From Diplonema japonicum (taxonomy: Eukaryota; Protista; Euglenozoa: Diplonemea): a DNA stretch of 64,000 nt. Of the stretch, positions 1 to 12,500 are shown one piece after another. Below the pieces are notes generated by a model. That model worked only from the letters and a program-made list of their open reading frames with translations, was not told the DNA's origin and searched no databases. The stretch lies in assembly GCA_964019335.1 (NCBI GenBank), contig OZ025676.1:434001-498000 (forward strand), in the 5' to 3' direction. The position numbers and the translations under genes were made by a program. How positions within the stretch are numbered: the first letter of the stretch is position 1; each line of letters begins with the position of its first letter.

Positions 1-204
1 CTGCAGCAGAAGCTTCGAGGTCTTCTGCAGTTTGAAGATCTCACGCAGGGCAACGGTTCCAGGCCTCCACCTCCTCTTCCCCTCGCTGCTCTCCTCCTTC
101 TTGCTCTTCTTCGACTTCTTCTCCTTCTTCGTCTTCCTGCTCTTCTTCGTCACCTCTCCTGCGGGAGGCCTCCCACCAGTCGACTTCAGGGAAGAGCGCG
201 GCAT
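1..204 (-). CDS. Divergent histone H3 variant, 5' part only (runs off window start)
   Basis: Near-identical to the full copies at 2908-3336 and 54994-55422; ATG at 202-204 (MPRSSLKSTGG...). Confidence 0.85.
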   Translation of the reverse strand, partial: MPRSSLKSTGGRPPAGEVTKKSRKTKKEKKSKKSKKEESSEGKRRWRPGTVALREIFKLQKTSKLLLQ

Positions 205-471
205 TTTTGTGTTTTGAAAAAACTGGGAAGTGGGGTGTGTGTTCGATCTCCGATGAAGGTAGAAAAATCAATAAAAAGTGTAGAAAGCTTCGAAGAAACA
301 TTATATTATGTTCTGGAACAAACCTTGCCCTTTGATCCTAAAGCTCAAGAGAGCTTGCCAGAAGACACACAGGAGGGCAAAGGGAAGTCAGGAAAAAAGG
401 TTAGAAGTGAAGTGTGGAGCGAAACGAAAGCTTAACAGTGCATCCTTCCAGAGGGCTAAGGTGGCAATTGC

Positions 472-896
472 TCACCGCCCACCACGGAGCCTGAGAACCA
501 AATAGAGAGAGTGGACTCCTTCTGGATGTTGTAGTCGGTTGTAATCAGCAAGGGTGCGGTCATTTTCCAACTGCTTCCCTGCGAAGATTAACCTGCTGGT
601 CAGGGGGAATCCCTTCACATTCTCAATGATGTCAAGGATGATGTTCCCAGTCACGAAGATTTGCATCCCCCCACGGGGCGTTGGACCAGGTGAATTGTGG
701 ACTCCTTCTGGTCGATGTTGTAGTCGGCAAGGGTACGGCCATCCTCAAGCTGCTTCCCTGCAAAGATCAACCTCTGCTGGTCAGGGGGAATCCCCTCCTT
801 GTCCTGGATATTCGCCTTCACGTTCTCAATCGTATCATTAAACTCCACCTCAAGGGTGATGGTCTTCCCAGTCAAGGTCTTCACGAAGATCTGCAT
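472..896 (-). pseudogene. Degenerate di-ubiquitin pseudogene
   Basis: The first unit has substitutions, an insertion and a frameshift (…[15 protein letters not shown]). The second unit has internal deletions and frameshifts. Confidence 0.85.
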
Positions 897-983
897 GTTT
901 GTGTAGGTTGTGTCTCTGTGGTGTGTTGCTGTTTGTCCCATCCCAAAGCCAACCCAATGTGTGAGCCCAAAAGCCCTCCCATT

Positions 984-1068
984 GTGATCAGTAGACCATC
1001 GTGAACGTTACTGCTTCCTAAGTCATGGTCGGTCAGAGAGCTGGGTTAGTATTGCGTCATCATGCTAA
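984..1068 (-). ncRNA. Box C/D snoRNA, double guide for LSU rRNA (equivalents of yeast Cm2948 and Cm2959)
   Basis: Minus strand has C box ATGATGA, D' CTGA and D CTGA. Antisense elements match the conserved LSU GAGCUGGGUU and UAGACCRUCGUGA. The D+5 rule lands on C in both guides. Four copies in the window. Confidence 0.85.
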
Positions 1069-1270
1069 AGGGCTACCGTTGGACAATTTCTTCCAATGTT
1101 TTTTCTCGCTTTAGAGATCCGTTCAAGAAGAAGAAAAAGAAAGTGCAAATGAGCTGGATATTTCATTGATCGTATCGTCCGCTAAAAATTTTATTTCTTT
1201 TCCCCCTCTCTCTTTATTCTTTTTACGAGGGGGTTGCAGAATCGAAAATGCGGTGTCCATAATGTATTGC

Positions 1271-1352
1271 AGTATCAGTAGGGGAAAGGAATAAGGGGCT
1301 AACCCCTCTCTTCCACTCAAATTGCAAATAAGAATATATATCATCATCGTGA
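1271..1352 (-). ncRNA. Degenerate paralog of the C/D snoRNA at 53079-53174 (guide partly deleted)
   Basis: Same C box, D box and internal hairpin, but reads TCAAATTGCAAAT where the paralog has TCAAATTGACGTGCAAAT (5 nt lost from the guide). The C' box is eroded. Confidence 0.6.
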
Positions 1353-1469
1353 TAGATTCCGAGACGTGAATGCCGACCGGAGAGGTGTGCCCCGCTTTGT
1401 CCCGAGCCCTAATATAAAGTAAGGCTAAAACCCTATGACGCAGGCTCCAGTGGAGTCGTGTCTCCCATT

Positions 1470-1554
1470 GTGATCAGTAGACCATCGTGAACGTTACTGC
1501 TTCCTAAGTCATGGTCGGTCAGAGAGCTGGGTTAGTATTGCGTCATCATGCTAA
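1470..1554 (-). ncRNA. Box C/D snoRNA, identical copy of 984-1068
   Basis: Sequence identical to 984-1068. Confidence 0.85.
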
Positions 1555-1922
1555 AGGTGCAGTGTTACACACAGCTCCACCACAACTACCACGAATCAAG
1601 CACCCTCTTGGCGAAATGGGTTTGCACTTCTATGTTGTTCATATACTGTCACAAACAAAGAGATAAATACGAAAAAGAAAAAGAAAAAAAAGGGAACAAG
1701 ATATTGTGTGAAACCAGACCTCACCAGTGACCCTCTCCTGCAAAGCTCGTAAGCCACACAGAGAGCTAGCCCAAGTGGACATTACAACAGGGAGGGTAAT
1801 AGGAAGTAAAGGGAAGTCGGGATAAAGGTTAGAAATCTTTAAAAAGAAAAAAGAAAAAGAATAAAAACAGCAGGGTTTAGAGAGGTGCTTACTCACAATT
1901 GTAAATACTGAGATACTGCTGC

Positions 1923-2810
<888 letters not shown>

Positions 2811-2907
2811 TTAGAAAAAGAAAAGAAATAAAATACCATCCTGTCAACGATGAAAAACAAAAGGAGTCAAAAGGGACAAAAGAAGGAAGTTGGAAAGGAG
2901 TGCTTGC

Positions 2908-3336
2908 TTATTTCCCCTGGAGCTCGCCACGGATGCGCCTGGCGATGTTGAGGTCAAGGTGGTTGAGGGTCTGCTTCTTCCTGTGGATCTGCATCATGAC
3001 AGCCGCCTGGAAGAGCCCGACCATGTAGCTCTCTGTTGCCTCCTGCACCGCCTCCAGAGCAGACGGCTTGAAGGACAACCCCGTCTTGTAGTTGTTCATG
3101 GTCTCCCTCACCAGCCTCTGGAAGGGTGCCTTCTGCAGCAGAAGCTTCGAGGTCTTCTGCAGTTTGAAGATCTCACGCAGGGCAACGGTTCCAGGCCTCC
3201 ACCTCCTCTTCCCCTCGCTGCTCTCCTCCTTCTTGCTCTTCTTCGACTTCTTCTCCTTCTTCGTCTTCTTGCTCTTCTTCGTCACCTCTCCTGCGGGAGG
3301 CCTCCCACCAGTCGACTTCAGGGAAGAGCGCGGCAT
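2908..3336 (-). CDS. Divergent histone H3 variant (142 aa)
   Basis: H3 fold motifs RWRPGTVALREI, PFQRLVRE, ALEAVQEATESY and ARRIRGE; non-canonical Lys/Glu-rich tail. Confidence 0.9.
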   Translation of the reverse strand: MPRSSLKSTGGRPPAGEVTKKSKKTKKEKKSKKSKKEESSEGKRRWRPGTVALREIFKLQKTSKLLLQKAPFQRLVRETMNNYKTGLSFKPSALEAVQEATESYMVGLFQAAVMMQIHRKKQTLNHLDLNIARRIRGELQGK

Positions 3337-3563
3337 TTTTTTTCTTCTTTTTGGTGGACTAACTAAAGGCTAGTGTGGGAGTAATGAACGGGAAATGTGT
3401 AAGAAATAAAAAAACAGCTACTAAAGTAAAACAGGAACCGCTTTCATGAGTCATGACAACTGATCGTACACTACACTTTTAAACTACCCCGACTGTGTAT
3501 CTTAACAAGCATCGCACATTTCGATTCTCTCACTGACACTATTTCTTTTACTAGACACAACAT

Positions 3564-3982
3564 TTAGTTGCTGGAGGTGAAGTTAGCGAGCTGAGTGTCA
3601 AGGTCTTCCTTCGAGACCTCCTTCCTCCTGGGATTATGGTAAACATGAAAACCCCCCACCCCATGTAGCATACTCAACACGCGCAGCGCTCTTACCCTTA
3701 GCTCCCTTGCCACCTTTACCGCCCTTTCCACCCTTGCCACCCCTGCCCTTCTTTCCGAAGCTGCGCTTCTGAGTTGGCTGGGCCTGAACCTGCTGGGGCT
3801 TCGGCTGTGTCCTGGCACCGCCCCTGCCCCTGGACACAGCTCCACCACGGCCACCCTTGTTCCCGTCACCACGTGCAGTCGACACAGAGATCTCCTTGTC
3901 ACCTGATTGTGTAGTTCAGGTCGTTGTTAAAAAGTCTTGTTTCTCCGAACTTAGTGAAGAAAAAATGCCACCACCTGGGATT

Positions 3983-4031
<49 letters not shown>

Positions 4032-7000
4032 AAGCGGCTTCGAGAATATGCTTTTTTTTTTCAAAATACCAATAGGTGCCACCATGGGGGAGCAACACCT
4101 GGGAAGGGGAAAGGTGAAGGGAAGCATGGAAATATTACAGGGAGGGCGAAGACCAGTTCTTCTGCAATCAGATGGAGCTGTGGACTCCGCCAACCCGTGC
4201 ACCTGTTTGGAACAGCCGAAGAGGGCTGAATTACTTTAATTCCAAGCCGCGTAGACCTACGTGACTCGGACGGGGACCTTGACCCCAGTTCGTCGTTTTT
4301 CTCGACTGGGACCTCTGGTGACCGGAACTGGCCCCGGTCGCCCCCTCGAGAGGGATTTGCTCCATTGAGCGAAACATGAAAGGGTGAGAGTAAGATCTCG
4401 TGTGCGCATGGGGATGATAGGGGAAGCATTTGCTCTCCCCGCTGCACTCCGGCTGGCGGGGGGAGGGGATGGCCGTACCACACTCGTTCGTGCGAAGATG
4501 AGAGGACTCATCTGGGCAACTTCAGAGTAGGCCGGGCCATCCGTTTTTGACTACAATGTCAGGGCACACGATAACAAGAGGATGTTAATTTTAAAAATTT
4601 AAAAGTTTAAAAGGGGACGGGCATACTGGTAAGAGAAAGGCCAGACGCCGGATGATGATAAAGAAAAGGATGAGAGGGAGTGGAAGAGAGGGGAAGGGAA
4701 CGTAAGCACTAAAAGAATTGAAATGTTGATCTCACCCTACTCACTTCAGCGCAACACGGGGGCCGCAGGGCCGGCGTCAAGGGAGACAGCCGGCGGGATG
4801 AACGAAGGGGCAGCGGTACCTGCCGTTGCCGCAGACGGCGACGTGAAGACCCCGGATCTGGCCCAGTCAAGCAAGCCAGAGTCGGCGATGAGGGTGAATA
4901 CCTGCGTCACGCGTTTTGACAGGCACTCCACCAGCGAGGGGCGTCCATTGGGAGCGTCGAGCGAACCCCGTCCAACCACAGCGCACCCCCCAACAACGTG
5001 CTCCCTGGACATCTTTGCTCCACACGCTGGGCAGCTGAGCTCAGCCTTCTTCCTGTTCGGTCCAGCCGCCTGCAGGAAGCCGAAGAAGAGAGCGGAGTGC
5101 CCTACCCTCAGCCGCGAGATGACCGTCTCCGCTAGCCTGGGGAGGGACTGGGGGAAGCACGCCGCTCGGAGCCCCGTGGCCCTCGCGTATCTCGGGGCCA
5201 CCTCCCCGACAATGACCGCAGACCTCTGCTGAATCTGGCGACGGACCAGGGCCCTGACCGACCTGTAGTCGAGAGAGGGGCGAGTCAGCTCGCGCTTCGT
5301 GCCCTCCCCGGCCAGCCTGTCTGCCGCCTCGTTGCCAGGAACCCCGCAGTGGGACGGCACAAACTGGAGAATGACTGGTGCACCTTGTGCACGTGCCGCG
5401 GCCACCAGCAGTTCCCAGGTCTCGTGGTCGAGCCTCTCCCTCTGCCGCGAAGGACCTGCCCTCAGCTGATCAAGGAGAGAGAGCGAGTCGGTACAGATCG
5501 ACAGCCGGCTGTCTGCCAACGTGGGGTGCTCGCTCCGGAGCGCGGCCACCATGTCCAGAGCCACCTTGACAGCCAGACCCTCCGCCCGAAAGGAAGAGCA
5601 GAAATTGCTGACGCCGAAGCTCTCGGACACGGGTTCGTGGGGGCGGGGGAGCTGCAAGTAGACCCCGGCGCCGCCCCTCCACCTCTGGCGGTCCCGTACG
5701 ACAGAACCATCCGTATAGGCATGGATACCCGGTGGAAGGGCAGCCAGAGCCTCCACGGCCGCCTTCCGCTTATCCACGTCCGGCGACGAACGCGTGACCC
5801 TGCCGGGAAGGGCAGTTCTGAACTCCACCAGGAACGCGTGCCACGGTGCTACTTTGGGCGAGGCAGTCAGTAGCTCGAAGGTGTCGTACTTCCTGAAGCC
5901 TTCCTGCGTCGTCCACCCCTGCAGTCCGCAGCGTCGTAGCGCAAGGATACCCGCACGCAGCCACCCATTGCCCATACCGGTCATCCGCTTCTGCTCAAGG
6001 ACCTCGCGGTGAACCGGGGAGGTCCTCCAGCAGAACGACTTCGCCGTCAACACCGCCGCAGCTCCCTCAGCCATCTGTCGGAGGGGTAGCAGACCTGCCT
6101 CAGCAACAACCTTCGCCGTGCCCGAGCCGTGCCAACAACCCGAGATCAGCACCGCCGCTCTCTGGTGGAGCCCAACAAGCTCCTCCACCCTGCTGTCCCT
6201 GAGCCTGGCAAAGTAAACACCCATGCAGTACCGGAGTAGCGGGAGAACGTACGTGAGGTACAGAGATCGGAGCGTGGCCTTCTTGCACCCCCAGGTCGTG
6301 CCCGACAGGAGCCTTAGTACCCTCAGCCTCTTGTCAGCGCTCCTCAGGACATCCCCCGCATGCTCGTCAAACGTGAGCCCAGAGTCTACAGTGACCCCAA
6401 GATACTTCGCCGACCCACATAGAGGCAAGGGGCGAGCCGCCATGTAACCAATGTCGGACCTCCGGATGGCGGCGGGAATGTCGAAGGACCGTTTGCCACC
6501 CGCCTCCACGACCCGAAAGCCAGACAGCTCACGGACGCCAGACAAGGTCCCACAGGCCCCAACCCCAAGATTAAGGACAGGGTCCTGGAAGGCCCCCGGG
6601 CAAAGCGGGACACGCGACGAAGAGAAGTAGACATTAAGCCGCTTCTGATAGGGAACGCACACTGCCTGCGACTTGCTGGAGCTCAGCAGCATGCCCCGTC
6701 TCCCACACCAGCCCTCAACCGCGTCCATCACAGCCTGGGCCCCTCGCTCAAGACCAGCCAGGTCGCCCTGCCCGGCTGAGACCACCACCGCAACATCGTC
6801 GGCATAAAGAACCGACAGGTCCGCCATCCCAACCAGCAACCTGGCTAGCTCGTCGACGTAGATGGTGTAAAGGACGGGTCCACGAGAATATGCTTTTTTT
6901 TTTTTTTCAAAATACCAATGCAGGGCCGCCATGGAGAGCAACACCTGAGAAAATGGAAAAGAAGGTGAAGGGAAACCATGGGGAAATAGGGAGGGCAAAG

Positions 7001-8817
7001 GACCAGGCTTCTGCAAGCAGGAGGAGCCCTGGTCCCCCACCAACCCGTGCTCTGCTTTGGGACAGCCGAAGAGGGCTGAATTACATTATTCCCTCAGTCA
7101 AGTGAGAGAAAAACGGGGGCCTACCTTCCAGCTGGATGTCCTTCTTTGGCTGGAACCTCCGGCGGAAAGCCCCCCAGGGAGGTATTGCTCCTATTGAGCG
7201 AATCATTGGTGAGTGTGAAATAAAAGGGGAAATGGGAAACAGTGAGAGGAAGGAGAAGGAAGGGAAAGGAAAGTGGGAAACACAACATTCCATTTAACAC
7301 ACACACACGGGGCGATCCCTTAGCGCAGCACGGGGGCCGCGGGACCGGCGTCAAGAGAGACCGGAGGAGGAGGCGGCACGTTTGAAGGTGCAGTGACGTC
7401 TGTAGACGCCAGGGATGATGGCGAGGTGAACAGTCCGGAGCGTGACCAGGCGAGCAGGCCAGACTCAACAATGAGGTCGTAGATCTGGGTCACGCGTCTC
7501 GACAGGGAGAACGCTAGGGAGGGAGTACCAGCAGGAGTGTCGATCGCCCCCCTCCCGATCACAGGGCACCCACCGACAACATGCTCCCTGGACATCGGTG
7601 CTGCGTGGCAGGCTGGGCACCGGAGCACACCCTTGTGCTTCCTGTTCGGGCCAGCAGTCTGCAGGAAGCCGAAGAAGAGAGCCGAGTGACCAATCCGCAG
7701 CCGCGAGATGACCGTTTCAGCTTGTCTGGGGAAGCCAAGGGGGAAGTGCGCAGACCGAAGCTCGGTCGCCACCGCGTAGTTGTGGGCGAGGGATGTTATG
7801 AGCTCCGCGGACCTCCGCACCACCCACCGTCGCACCAGGGCCCTCACTGATCGGTAGTCAAGGGAGGGCCTGTCCTGCTTCCGCTTCGTTCCCTCCCCGG
7901 CCAGAGCGTCAGCCTTCTCGTTCCCGTCCACCCCACAGTGGGAGGGCACAAACTGGAGGACCACCGGTGTCCCCTGCGTGCGCGCCGCGGACACCAGCCG
8001 GCTCCACGTCTGGTGGTCGAGCTTCTCCCTCTGTCGCGTTGGGCCAGCTCGCAGCTGCTCGACGAGGGAGAGGGAGTCGGTGCAGATCGACAGCGGGGAC
8101 TTCGCCAGCGAAGGGTGTGTTTTTCGGAGGGTAGCCACCATATCCAGCGCCGTTTTCACAGCCATGCCCTCTGCCCGAAAAGAGAATATGCTCGGCACAA
8201 TTTTTGTTCTCAACACTGATTTTAATTTTACCCATACCAAGCTTGGCCCCATCAAGGTCGGCAATGGCTTGGCGGGCCCCCTGCTCAGTGCGGTAAGCAA
8301 CGAGGGCATTGCCGGTGGGCCTGCCTGCGGTGTCCCAGAAGATGGTGAGCTTCTCGATCTCTCCTGCGGTCTCCATGACGTGCTGTGATGATGGTTACTG
8401 GCTTCTGACCCTCCCCCAACACACCAGAACATCCTGCTCTTCCCAGTCGAACGGGACACCTGTCACGAAGACGCGCGTCTTGTTCTGCGGGGCCTTCACG
8501 ACCTGTCGTTGGATCACAGCCTTGCCACCGCCGCCACGCCCCTGTTATGTGGCTTGAAGTCTTTGATTTCTATTTCATACCCTGCTAGCCGACTGGGAGT
8601 AAGGCTGGGCTCTGTTGTTGGAGGCCGTCTTGACGGCGTTGAAGCCCGCACCAGCCTGCCTACCGCCCCTGCCAGCGGAAGCGGAACGGCCTCTCCCACC
8701 AGTGGGCTTACCACCAGCACCCCTACCACCACCCTTGCTGCCACCACGGCCTTTACCACGCGAGGTAGTCTTCTTTTCGCTGATGAGCTCTTCGAGGGAC
8801 TTTGTTAGCATCGCCAT
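3564..8817 (-). CDS. ALY/REF (Yra1/THOC4)-like mRNA export adaptor, 5 exons: 8817-8581, 8541-8425, 8382-8238, 3902-3674, 3627-3564
   Basis: N-terminal LTKSLEELI motif, RGG region, RRM (RVFVTGVPFDWEEQDVL…GNALVAY…LDGAKLG|DKEISVSTA), second RGG region and C-terminal KEVSKEDLDTQL motif. Four GT-AG introns (8542-8580, 8383-8424, 3903-8237, 3628-3673) all restore the frame. Confidence 0.85.
3966..4038 (-). tRNA. tRNA-Phe (GAA), intronic
   Basis: 73-nt cloverleaf GCCGCTTTAGCTCAGTTGGGAGAGCGTCAGACT-GAA-GATCTGAAGGTCCCTGGTTCAATCCCAGGTGGTGGCA, followed by a T-run terminator. U-U mismatch at 7:66. Confidence 0.95.
4052..6882 (-). mobile_element. 5'-truncated non-LTR retrotransposon A (RT C-half, RNase H, Zn finger; ingi/I-group-like)
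   Basis: Open ORF to the stop at 4746 with GPVLY…YADD, KYLGV, RNase H motifs YTDGS / TDSLS / VPSHCGVPGNEAAD and CPAC…H…C. Poly(A) at 4052-4061; flanking duplication CGAGAATATGC at 4041-4051 and 6883-6893. Confidence 0.92.
6894..8181 (-). mobile_element. 5'-truncated non-LTR retrotransposon B (RNase H, Zn finger), diverged relative of A
   Basis: ORF to the stop at 7320 is homologous to the C-terminus of A. It shares the ~200-nt 3' tail. Poly(A) at 6894-6907; duplication GAGAATATGC at 6884-6893 and 8182-8191. Confidence 0.9.
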
Positions 8818-9542
8818 ATTAGAGTTCGGTTTAAAGGACTGAAGAAGTAAAGGGTGCACTTGAGGTAGCTTGCGTCAGAGACAGGAGTACGAGTCCGGCG
8901 GGGTGTGACCATTGATTGCTTTCTCCACTCTGCTTCCCTTCCGCTGTAGACAGTTTGTGAGCATGCTAGTGCATGAACAGCAGTGGCTTTTGCATGGCAC
9001 CTTGCGTCGTAGTACTCCCTTACTCTTGAGGCTTCTGGTCCTCGGCGGTTTCTTGAGTTTGCCTTGTTTGATAAAGAAAAAAAAGTTTTTTTTAAGAAAA
9101 GAATTGTTGAAAGGAATGAGGAAACCTCATCTCTTTCTCTAACTGATTTTCTTCCCGGTAGACGGGGGTTTTCTATTTTTCAAAACTGAAGACTTTGCCT
9201 CAAGGGAGGCCTACCAAAAGTCAAAAGCAGCGTGTAAGGGAGGAATTAAAAAAAAAAGTGAAAACTTTCTTTTTTATGAGGCTAAGGGATGATTATGCCC
9301 TCGTCGTACTGATTATTTTCGCTTCAAAGAACCACCATCTGCAAACTCACTTTTCATTTTCTATGTATCCTAGTTCAAACTCCTCTTTCTCTCTCTCTCA
9401 GGTTACATTACGATTCATTACATCTCTTAGTGGGGTGGGGTGTAAAGGACTGTACGGTGGATCATGTTGAAGTGAAAATAATAAAACATAATGCAGAATG
9501 AGAAAAACTATTAAGCGAAGGAAGAAAAAAAAAAGTACTGTT

Positions 9543-12500
9543 TCACACAGTTTTGTGTAAATGCTTCTCGCTAACGGGCCTCTGCAACCTTTGCTTGCCA
9601 TGTATGTAGTGATGTTGAGGGTTCGACAGCTGATCGTGGGTGTCTTGTAGTGTTTTTGACATCCACTGTGGGTTTAGGGGAACTGTCTGCGGGAGGGGAT
9701 CCAGCCGCCTGCCGTGGCTGTGGATCGTCTTATAAAAGTCGACCTCCTTCAGCTCCAACAAGGACTGTTTCTTCTCCAGTTCCTTGTCCTGGATGGACAA
9801 AACCCACGCATGGCGTTCTAGATCTTTTTCCCTCTGTTTTACGCCTTCCTTGGCAGACAACAGCTTCACGTACTTCTCTATAGCACTGTTCTCCCTCTCC
9901 ACAGCTGTCTCCAGCTCCTTGAGGGCGTCGTCTCTTTCCTTTTTGTAGACATCCCTTCTGCATTTCATATCAATGAGCGCTTCCTCCAGTTCCGTGCATT
10001 CTACGCACATGTCCTTCCATGCTTGCAAACATTCCTCGATGCCTCTGTCACGAAGGACTGCCTCTGCCGCTTCTTGTTTCCCTTGGTAAGATAATTTTCT
10101 GCGGAGTTTTTCTTGTAAGGTGCTGACCTGCGTCTGCAGGGTGACGCATTTTTCGCTCAGGACTCCTTGTATGTGCGAAGCTGCCTGAGCTGATTCCTGG
10201 CTGCTGTGCAGTGTGTCTGCTGCGCTGTTCTTTAAGAGGCAAATTTCTTCCTCTAGTTTTTTCTGCGCCTGTTTTGCAGCAGTGGCCAGTATGGTGAGCT
10301 GTTCCCTCTCCACATCGAAGTGGTCGCACCGCCTCAGCAACCCTTTCTCGCATTCTAGTGTCTGCTGTAGTTTCTTCTTCAGTGTGGTCACCTCGCACTC
10401 AAGCGTGCCCTTCTTCTCCTGCACACTGTAGTATGTTGTTTTCATTGTCGCCAGCTGGGATTTCACATCGTCCATCTCTTCCTCCCTGCCGTGCTTGCTC
10501 TTCAATTCCTCATTCAGCCTCTGTTCCCTACTAAGCAGTTCTTTTAGATCCTGCATCTCCTTCTCGTGCGTTAGGACCATTCCCTCCATGACCTTGTTCT
10601 CCGCACGTTCCTTCCTGTCGACTTCTCGCTTCAGCGCGTTGTACTGCTGCTTCAATGTGATGTGCATATTGACCACATGTGCTCCCTCTGTTTCGCATCT
10701 CCTTGTGCTCAGGTTTTGCATATCATTTAGGATGCCCTCCAGAACCTTGTTGAAGTCTCGCGGTGCAACAACTTCTTCCTCTTCTTCTTCTTCACATTCA
10801 CTCACCTCGACGGCTTCCTTTCCTTCTTCGGACATCTCATCAATAATACTCGTGATACTTTCTTCATCTATCTTAGATTCGTTGCCGGCTACCGTGGTTT
10901 CCGCTATCGTCTGAATCACGATGGCCGGTGGCATCAACAGTGTGTAGCACTCTTCGATTTGTAGTCTTGCTACCCGTTCAGCTGACAGCAACGCCTCGTG
11001 TGTGGAGGTGAGCATTGCAGCTACGAATGTCTGTTGGTCGTCGATGGTTTGGGTCAGTTTCAGAACCATGGCTTTGTGTTCTTCTTCCAGTGTTTCCTTT
11101 TCCTCTTCGTGTGTTTTTATGAGGTTGGATAGTACCTCCACGTTGCCCAGGTCGCTGGCACGCGACCGCCGTCTTGATACAACAATTTCTTCGTTCTTGC
11201 TGCGCAGCTCGACACGGGCCATTTCGTGAGCCTTCGCCAGATCTGTGCTCAGCACAGCGTGTTTCTGCTTCTGCTTCGTGCGCATCTCTTCAGAGTGTTT
11301 TTTGTACTTTTCGAACGCAACCTCGCTGCTTTGCAGTTCCTGTCTGAGGCGGGTCTCTTTCACTGTAAACATTTCCTGCATCTCCTTCACCTTTTCGGCG
11401 GCTTGCTTCTCCACGATGTCGGCATGCGACTGCCACATACTCTCACGATGCCGTTTTTCCACTTCAAAGCTCTGCCGGACCAGACCCCACACATCTTGTC
11501 GTTCTGTGTTCACCATCATGTGCAGGGTTCTTGCGTTCTGCTTCTTTATTGCTCCCAAGGCTTCTTTGCATTCCAGTAGCACAGCACTCCTGGCGGTCAT
11601 CTCTCTCTCAGCAATAGTGTCGCACCACGCTTCTGCGCTTGTCCAGACATTCCAGTCTTGGGAAGCCATCAGCCCCTGCTCTGCTGCCTCTCTGCTAATC
11701 CCTGTGAGTCTGTTCTGTAAGATCTTTGCCCTGCGCACTTCTCGCGATTGAACTCTCTTCTCGGCCGCTTTGACCTTTTCTTCCCATTTACGCAACGTCG
11801 CGCCATCCTGCTGATCCCGCCAGCTGTGCAGCAGCTTTATCTTTTCTTCTTTTAGATCGTGCAGGAAAGACTTTCTTAGCCCTGTGATCTGTTCTCTGTC
11901 TTCTGCCTGCTCTTCACGCAGATGCACAAAGCATCTCTCAAAACCCAGTTCACCATGTGCCTTTAAGACCTTGTCATCAGCATCGGTAGTGACCTCCCTT
12001 ACTCTGCTCTCGTATACCAGTTTCATGTCGGCTGCAAACCGTTCGCCTTTCATTTTTTCAATACCCACCTGCGTGTTAAGGCTCTCCTCCCACTTCTTGC
12101 TCATGGCAATCAGGTCAGTTGACGAAGCACTGCTCAGTTCCTCGTATTCTGCCACTCGCCTCGTCAGTTCTGCGTTTTCTAGTGCAAGCTCTTTGAACCT
12201 GAACTCCAAAGCCGTGACACGTGCTTTGTTCTCAACATTTGTCGTATGTATCTTTCGGAAATCGCTCTCTTGTTGCTCCTCTATAAGGTGTCCTCTCTTC
12301 TTGACATGCGCACGCTCCTTTCCCAACTCTTGAACTTCCCATTCTTTCTGCTTCAGCACCAGTTGCTCTTTCTCTTGGTATCTCTCCTCTGTCTTCTTCA
12401 GTTCGGCTTCATGGGTGCTATTCAATGTAGCAAGTTCTCGCATGTGGTGGTCGGCCAACTCGCGAGCTGCCTGCTCTGCAGCAGACATCTCCATCCGCAA

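Noticed and set aside
2908-3336. Calling the H3 variant cenH3/CENP-A
   Set aside because: Multi-copy, loop 1 is not obviously extended, and it is clustered with matching divergent partners; cannot be supported without phylogeny or localisation.
6883-7043. N-terminal extension of the 765-aa RT ORF
   Set aside because: It is the 3' tail and poly(A) of element B plus the TSD, in frame by chance.
7909-8459. RRM-RNase H fusion protein
   Set aside because: Artefact of ALY exon 3 and the intron start abutting the truncated LINE B.
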